This document shows positions 58,847 to 64,000 of a stretch of 64,000 nucleotides of DNA, piece by piece. Source of the stretch: Steroidobacteraceae bacterium. GTDB lineage: Bacteria; Pseudomonadota; Gammaproteobacteria; Steroidobacterales; Steroidobacteraceae. Location: NCBI GenBank assembly GCA_044226785.1, contig JBGAGK010000014.1:21061-85060 (forward strand). The letters run 5' to 3'. Made by a program: the position numbers and the translations under genes. The notes beneath the pieces were generated by a model that ran no database searches, was not told where the DNA came from, and saw nothing but the letters and a program-made list of their open reading frames with translations. Position 1 is the stretch's first letter; every line of letters starts with the position of its first letter.

Positions 58847-59880
58847 GGGGTTGCTCCAGTGTTGCGATGGTCGTCCACGGCGAAGCCGGGTGCGTACAGG
58901 TCGCCCGGAGTCACCTTGCCCTTGAGCGGATACCCGGCCGCGATGAATGCGTAGGTCCGCTCCATCTTTCCGGGATCGATGCCGCCGGCGGCATCGGGTG
59001 TTCGCATGAGATCCGCCAGTTCATGAATCTGCGCATCCGTGATGCCGGAATCCAGCATCGGGAAGTGCGCCAGCAGCATCTGCCGCGCCTCCACCGGATG
59101 GTCGATGGCGTAATGGTAGCCTTGCAGGGTCGCCGCCGCGAACTTGCGCACGAGGCCAGGGTTGTCGTGGATGAGCTTGTCGCTGGTGACGAGGCCGCTG
59201 CCGTAGATGTCGAGATTGAATTTCCCGTATTCGAGCCAGTCGAGTGCGAGACCGGCGCGGCGGGCTTCCTTCTGGAACTGGGGCCAGCTGTTGCCGCGCC
59301 AGCATTCCGCTGCGTCGATCCGGCCTTCGATCAGCGATGCGACGATGACCGAGGGATTGAGCTGCAGGATCTGCACGGTTTTGGGATCCACGCCATTGCG
59401 GCTCAGCCACACCGGCAGCAACGCCTGGACCGGTGAATTCTGACCCCCGCCGACCTTCAGGCCCGCGAGGTCCGCAGGCTGGGTCAGGCGATGCCGCCCG
59501 GAAATGAAGCACAGGCCTGCCGGCCAGTGCTGGTTGATCACGCTGATCATGCGGGCGCCGCCGCCGTTGGCGCGATTCAGGGCGACCGCAACCGGATCCC
59601 CGTAGCCGAACTCGAACATCCCCTGGTCGATTTCGTTGACGGTGCGGATGCCGCCGAATCCGCGCACCGGCTCCACCTCGATCCCCGCTGCCTTGTAGAA
59701 ACCCTTGTCGATGGCGGCGATCACGCCGATCTGGCTGCCCTGCGGGAGCCAGGCCATGTTGTATTTCACCCTGCTGGCCGATGTCGAAGAATCCGAGCAG
59801 GCGCTCAGGGCCAGGGCTGCCACGAGCACTCCGGCACATGCTGAAAGCCTGCCAGCCGAAGTGGACGTGCTCATGGGCAT
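58843..59880 (-). CDS. NMT1/THI5-like (NitT/TauT-type) ABC substrate-binding lipoprotein, orphan
   Basis: Lipobox LALSAC, then YNMAWLPQGSQIGVIAAIDKGFYKAAGIEVE typical of the family. No permease or ATPase gene adjacent. ATGA overlap with the downstream VOC gene. Confidence 0.75.
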   Translation of the reverse strand: MPMSTSTSAGRLSACAGVLVAALALSACSDSSTSASRVKYNMAWLPQGSQIGVIAAIDKGFYKAAGIEVEPVRGFGGIRTVNEIDQGMFEFGYGDPVAVALNRANGGGARMISVINQHWPAGLCFISGRHRLTQPADLAGLKVGGGQNSPVQALLPVWLSRNGVDPKTVQILQLNPSVIVASLIEGRIDAAECWRGNSWPQFQKEARRAGLALDWLEYGKFNLDIYGSGLVTSDKLIHDNPGLVRKFAAATLQGYHYAIDHPVEARQMLLAHFPMLDSGITDAQIHELADLMRTPDAAGGIDPGKMERTYAFIAAGYPLKGKVTPGDLYAPGFAVDDHRNTGATP

Positions 59881-59891
59881 CGCGGGTGCCT

Positions 59892-60326
59892 TCAGGATTC
59901 CTTGGGCTTCCCGCCGGCGCTCGCGCCGACCCAACCGCGCTGCGAGACATCGATCATCATGCCCTCCGGACCGCTCAGCTTGAACTCCGCATTGTCCTTG
60001 TGGGGGTTCGCTCCCAGCCCCTGGGCGATATTGACATCATGTCGCGGGCCGCAGCCCGCAGCTTCGCTGCGCGCGATCGTGGCTTCGATGTCGTCGACTT
60101 CGAAGCCGATGTGATGCAGCCCCACGAAGTCGAGATTTCCGCCCGCAGCGGGCGCGTTCTTGAAATTCAGGATCGCCATGTTGATGACACCGTCGGACAG
60201 GTAATACCCGCGCGCGTTGCGGCTGTCGATCTTGCCCCGGATCTGCATGTCGAAGACCTTCTCAAAATATCTGGCGGTTCCGTCCGGATCCTTGCTGGCA
60301 ATGGCGATGTGGCGGAGTCTGGTCAT
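59892..60326 (-). CDS. VOC family protein
   Basis: LRHIAIASKDPDGTARYFEKVF...GLHHIGFEVDDIE. Confidence 0.75.
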   Translation of the reverse strand: MTRLRHIAIASKDPDGTARYFEKVFDMQIRGKIDSRNARGYYLSDGVINMAILNFKNAPAAGGNLDFVGLHHIGFEVDDIEATIARSEAAGCGPRHDVNIAQGLGANPHKDNAEFKLSGPEGMMIDVSQRGWVGASAGGKPKES

Positions 60327-60647
60327 TGATCGTACACCTCATTCGGAAGTCGGTTCCCGGCAAAGCCAGGCTCGCACCCGGCAAACCCGCGGTTCAGGTT
60401 CATGGCTGAGTGAAAGTCAGGGCTCCCTGAACACTTGCAGGCGCCAATCGGCATCACTCCTGACAGGATTGCACACATGACCTTCAGGAACCGAAGCAAT
60501 AGGCGGTCTTTGTATGGCCAAGATATTATAGTGAGTACAAAAATACAAATATGTACACAATAATTCCAGATCTGATAGGATTTACGGAGGGATGTCTCCA
60601 ATGATCCGCGTGTGCACATAACAGTAAGCGCGCACATTGGAAAGTAA

Positions 60648-60676
60648 TTGCATATGCAATAGCAATATTGTATACA
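60648..60676 (+). promoter_or_regulatory. Putative sigma70-type promoter of the TonB-dependent receptor gene, overlapped by palindromes
   Basis: TTGCAT (60648-60653), a 17-nt spacer, then TATACA (60671-60676), about 35 nt upstream of the ATG at 60711. RBS AAGGGGA. The -35 element lies within the palindrome ATTGCATATGCAAT and the -10 within TTGTATACAA. Confidence 0.3.
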
Positions 60677-60710
60677 AATAGCTACGTGCCGTGTATCTCA
60701 AGGGGAATCA

Positions 60711-63092
60711 ATGCGCGCAATGACTGCTTTCTGTCTGGCCACGGGCCTGCTCGTGGGATCGCCATGGGGCATTGCTGCCGAAGCGGACTCGGGAAGCCCG
60801 GCCGCGCAAGGCGTGAACGATGCCGGGAGTGCTGTCCTCGAAGAGGTGGTGGTGACGGCGCGTCACCGCAAGGAGAACCTCCAGTCGGTTCCGGTGACGG
60901 TCACGGCCATCAGTGGTGACCAGATCCTCAATGCCCACGTCGACAACTTCCAGGACATCGTGAGCAAGATGCCGGGGTTCCTGATGAATCCCGACAACAT
61001 CACCCAGCCGAACCTGTTCATGCGCGGCATCGGCACCGACATCCGCACCTCCGCTTCGAACCCGGGCGTTGCGGTGTTCATCGACGATGTGTACCTGTCG
61101 CGCCTCGCGGCACTGAACGGCGACCTGTGGGACCTGGAGCGCGTCGAAGTGCTGGAAGGTCCGCAGAGCACCCTGTTCGGCAAGAACGCCGTCGGTGGCC
61201 TGGTGAATTTCGTGACCCGCAAGCCCACGCAGACCCCCTATGCAACGGCCGAGCTCACGCTGGGCAACTACAACACACGCATCGCACGAGCCATGGTCAG
61301 CGGTCCGCTCAGCAACACGGTGGCGGGAAGCTTTTCGTTCAGCTCCTCCTCACACGATGGCTATGGGAAGAACCTGCTGACGGGTGGCCGGTTCGATCAG
61401 GTCGATGCGCAGACGGCCCGCGGCCATCTGCGCTTCACGCCGAACGACGACCTCGACATCATGCTCAGCGCCGATGCGACGCGACGGCGGGGCACGGGGC
61501 GCCTCGTGACCTTCAAGTACACCACACGCAACCAGGATTTCATCTCCCCATCACCGCGTGCCGCCAGCGTCGGCGGGCCGGTGTGCAGCGATTTCGTCGG
61601 CCAGAAATTCGCCAATGATTTCGGCAGCGGCCCGTTGAACGGACCCCTGAACTGCGCGCCGGCCGACGGCCGGCAGGATGCCGACGACTACGGCACGAGC
61701 CTGCGCATCGACTGGAAGAACGCACTGGGCCGTCTGACCTCGCTGTCCGCGTACCGCCATTCGAAAATCCTCTACCAGAACAACGATGCCGGCACCTACA
61801 TGGACTTCGCGGCCATCGAACCCTTCGTGACGCCGAACGAGAGCATCCCGGACGACTTCTACTATCAGGACAAGGCCGAGAAGGTGAAGCAGTTCTCCCA
61901 GGAACTGCGCCTGAGTTCGGACACCGACGGACCCCTGAGCTGGATCGCGGGCCTGTATTTCCTGCACGAGGACATCGACCGCACCGTGTTGGGAAATTTC
62001 CTGTTCACCGACATCTTCTGGTACTCGGGAACCTCCCGGGTCATCGGCAACACCGCCGGGAGGAGCTACGGAATCTTCGGCGAAAGCACCTACCGCTGGG
62101 ACAATGGCGTCGGTGTCACGCTCGGCGCGCGGTTCAGCGATGACAAGAAGGACTGGGACTACCTGCACGACGGGTATCCGCTGACGGGTTCGTACGGACC
62201 CGGCATTTCCACCCCGCAAGGGTTCACCGCCACCAGCAGCGGCAAGTGGAATGCGTTCACGCCCAACCTGGTGATCGACTGGAAGCGCAACCCCGACCAG
62301 TACTACTACTTCAAGATCGCGCGTGGCTACCAGAGCGGTGGCTTCGGCGCCGAGGACAGCGCCAGTACGCCTGCCGAAGCGACGGCACAGTTCAAGCCCG
62401 AGTTCGCGATGAACTATGAGGCCGGTGCGCGCCTGGACCTGCTCGACCGCAAGCTGCGCATCAACCCCACCCTGTACTGGACCAGGTACACGGACTTGCA
62501 GATCCAGACCGTCGTGCCGGGATTCATTGCGACCAGCGTGCTGGCCAATGCCGGTGCAGCGCGTGCGCGCGGCGCCGAGTTGCAGGTCGTTGCCGCTCCC
62601 GTCAAGGGCCTGCAGGTCTACGGCAACTATTCCTACATGGACTGCAAGATCACGGCATCCACGCCGACCACGGCCGTCGATGGATCCTCGATCGACATCA
62701 ACGGTTACACCTGCCGGCGCGCTCCGAAGAACTCCTACACGGTGGGTACGCGTGCCGAGTGGGGCATTGGCAATGCCGGTTCGATGTTCGCCCAGCTCGA
62801 CTATCGCTGGTCGAGCATGTACTACTACGACAATGACAACAACCCGATCTCCAAGGTCGGCAGCGAGTCCCGGCTCGATGCCTCCCTGGGTGTGAATTCC
62901 CGCGACGGTCGCTGGCAGCTCAGCGTGTGGGCCAAGAACCTGACCGATGAACTGCTGGTGTCGGGGCGGGCGTTGCTGTACACGCCGGATTGCCGGGACT
63001 TTACCTGCCAGTCGCAGTCGGCAACACTGCTCGACAGTTATCAGCCGCCACGGACCTTCGGGGCCACGCTGCGCTGGAACTTCGCGCCGTAA
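60711..63092 (+). CDS. TonB-dependent outer-membrane receptor
   Basis: Signal peptide MRAMTAFCLATGLLVGSPWGIAAEA. Plug-domain start LEEVVVTARHRKENLQSVPVTVTAI. Beta-barrel repeats. C-terminal ...TFGATLRWNFAP. Confidence 0.92.
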   Translation: MRAMTAFCLATGLLVGSPWGIAAEADSGSPAAQGVNDAGSAVLEEVVVTARHRKENLQSVPVTVTAISGDQILNAHVDNFQDIVSKMPGFLMNPDNITQPNLFMRGIGTDIRTSASNPGVAVFIDDVYLSRLAALNGDLWDLERVEVLEGPQSTLFGKNAVGGLVNFVTRKPTQTPYATAELTLGNYNTRIARAMVSGPLSNTVAGSFSFSSSSHDGYGKNLLTGGRFDQVDAQTARGHLRFTPNDDLDIMLSADATRRRGTGRLVTFKYTTRNQDFISPSPRAASVGGPVCSDFVGQKFANDFGSGPLNGPLNCAPADGRQDADDYGTSLRIDWKNALGRLTSLSAYRHSKILYQNNDAGTYMDFAAIEPFVTPNESIPDDFYYQDKAEKVKQFSQELRLSSDTDGPLSWIAGLYFLHEDIDRTVLGNFLFTDIFWYSGTSRVIGNTAGRSYGIFGESTYRWDNGVGVTLGARFSDDKKDWDYLHDGYPLTGSYGPGISTPQGFTATSSGKWNAFTPNLVIDWKRNPDQYYYFKIARGYQSGGFGAEDSASTPAEATAQFKPEFAMNYEAGARLDLLDRKLRINPTLYWTRYTDLQIQTVVPGFIATSVLANAGAARARGAELQVVAAPVKGLQVYGNYSYMDCKITASTPTTAVDGSSIDINGYTCRRAPKNSYTVGTRAEWGIGNAGSMFAQLDYRWSSMYYYDNDNNPISKVGSESRLDASLGVNSRDGRWQLSVWAKNLTDELLVSGRALLYTPDCRDFTCQSQSATLLDSYQPPRTFGATLRWNFAP

Positions 63093-63122
63093 TGACCGGG
63101 GCCCTGGCCCCAGAGTGGACTC

Positions 63123-63983
63123 GTGAGACGCCCGGTACTCCTGTATGCCTGCTTCGGTGTGGATACGCAGAGCTGGCTCGCTGCCCTGCGAAGCGATCTG
63201 CCCGAAGTGGACATCCGGGAGTATTCACCCGGAGCAGTGCTCGATGACGTCGACTTCGCCTTCGTCTGGAAATATCCGCCGGGACTGTTGCGTGCGCTGA
63301 AGAATGTCCGCGCCATCTTCTCGCTGGGCGCGGGCGTTGAGTCGATGCTCGCCGACCCTGATCTTCCGGCGGATGTGCCACTGGTCCGCATGGTCGACCC
63401 GGGGCTGGCGGTGGGCATGAACGAGTTCGTGCTCATGCGCGTGCTGCACTACCACCGCCAGATGCCCGAATACGAGCAGGACCAGCGGGCGCATCGCTGG
63501 ATCCAGCGCGTCCCACCGCTCCCGGAGGACCGGCCGGTCGGCATCCTGGGGCTGGGCGAACTGGGTTCGCTGTGCGCGCGGACACTCGCAGGACTCGGCT
63601 TCGATGTGGCCGGCTGGAGCCGCAGCCGCAAGTCGTTCCCCGGCATCACCACTTTTGCCGGGTCACAGGAACTGCGGGATTTCCTCCGGCGCACCGAAAT
63701 CCTGGTGTGCCTGCTGCCGTTGACGCCTCAGACCGATGGCATCATCAACCGCGAAACGATTTCCATGCTGCCGCGAGGGGCATTCCTGATCAACGCGGCG
63801 AGGGGCCGGCACGTCGTGGACGAGGATCTGATCGCGGCACTGGACCCTGGAATCACCGTCGTGCCGCACATCGCGGCCGTCACCCAGGTCAAGACCGCCG
63901 CGCGCACGCTGGCCGCCAATGTACGCGCCATGCTGGCCGGCCGGGCGCCGTCGCACCAGGTGGATCGCGCCCGGGGTTATTGA
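63123..63983 (+). CDS. GhrA-like D-2-hydroxyacid dehydrogenase lacking about 26 residues around the catalytic Glu
   Basis: Collinear with E. coli GhrA as I recall it (FSLGAGVES..., GILGLGELG, LINAARGRHVVDEDLIAALD, PHIAAVT, C-terminal QVDRARGY). DPG is joined directly to ITVVPH, so the expected ...GAxLDVFxxEPLPxxxPLWxHP... segment is absent. 286 aa versus about 312. Confidence 0.7.
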   Translation: MRRPVLLYACFGVDTQSWLAALRSDLPEVDIREYSPGAVLDDVDFAFVWKYPPGLLRALKNVRAIFSLGAGVESMLADPDLPADVPLVRMVDPGLAVGMNEFVLMRVLHYHRQMPEYEQDQRAHRWIQRVPPLPEDRPVGILGLGELGSLCARTLAGLGFDVAGWSRSRKSFPGITTFAGSQELRDFLRRTEILVCLLPLTPQTDGIINRETISMLPRGAFLINAARGRHVVDEDLIAALDPGITVVPHIAAVTQVKTAARTLAANVRAMLAGRAPSHQVDRARGY

Positions 63984-64000
63984 CGTGAACTGGCGCATCA

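Noticed and set aside
60323-60637. 104-aa ORF (minus strand) inside the AT-rich intergenic trough
   Set aside because: It has no RBS. Its composition is odd and Cys-rich, running from AT-rich into GC-rich sequence and overlapping the start of the VOC gene. More likely non-coding regulatory DNA.
60640-60680. Fur box upstream of the TonB-dependent receptor
   Set aside because: Sliding the 19-bp GATAATGATAATCATTATC consensus by eye gave at best about 7 of 19 matches. The palindromes present have different half-sites.

Overview
A 64 kb high-GC chromosomal segment, roughly 65-68% G+C in my hand-counted samples. Gene content and order look gammaproteobacterial (Nevskiales/Xanthomonadales-like); that placement is inference only. 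I found no rRNA, tRNA, CRISPR array, transposase or integrase.

Most of the window is housekeeping:
- uvrD, partial at the window edge.
- A complete aa3-type cytochrome c oxidase structural and assembly cluster: DUF2244-coxB-coxA-small ORF-cox11-coxC, a divergent DUF2909 gene, then SURF1-SCO-like-ctaA-ctaB.
- A vapBC toxin-antitoxin cassette.
- A type IV pilus minor-pilin operon, fimU-pilV-pilW-pilX-orf121-pilY1-pilE.
- bioB-bioC-bioD and comF.
- The gmk-rpoZ-spoT-ridA-recG-ubiC-ubiA block.
- prpE and a class I fructose-bisphosphate aldolase.

Three accessory-looking stretches stand out:
1. 25.9-36.3 kb: a PLP enzyme followed by five consecutive exported enzymes, one of them a single-chain triple-RidA protein. 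A MoaF-like protein, an SDR and an AraC regulator follow.
2. 52.4-54.4 kb: a lower-GC two-gene islet with an SRA-like/HNH nuclease overlapping a disrupted metallophosphoesterase. This is my best candidate for an undescribed, possibly decaying, defence-type module.
3. 54.4-64 kb: a LysR regulator with a LigM-like tetrahydrofolate-dependent demethylase, an M24 peptidase, two VOC proteins, an orphan solute-binding protein and a TonB-dependent receptor. The receptor lies behind a palindrome-rich trough of about 37% G+C.

Three genes carry discrete length lesions:
- a perfect 51-bp in-frame tandem duplication in prpE;
- a deletion plus frameshift between metal-binding motifs I and II of the phosphoesterase;
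- a 26-codon in-frame gap that removes the catalytic Glu region of a GhrA-like dehydrogenase.
These are either real decay or variation, or assembly artefacts.

Many long ORFs in the supplied track lie antisense to recognisable genes and were rejected as high-GC artefacts. All function calls come from reading the translations by eye. No database search was run.
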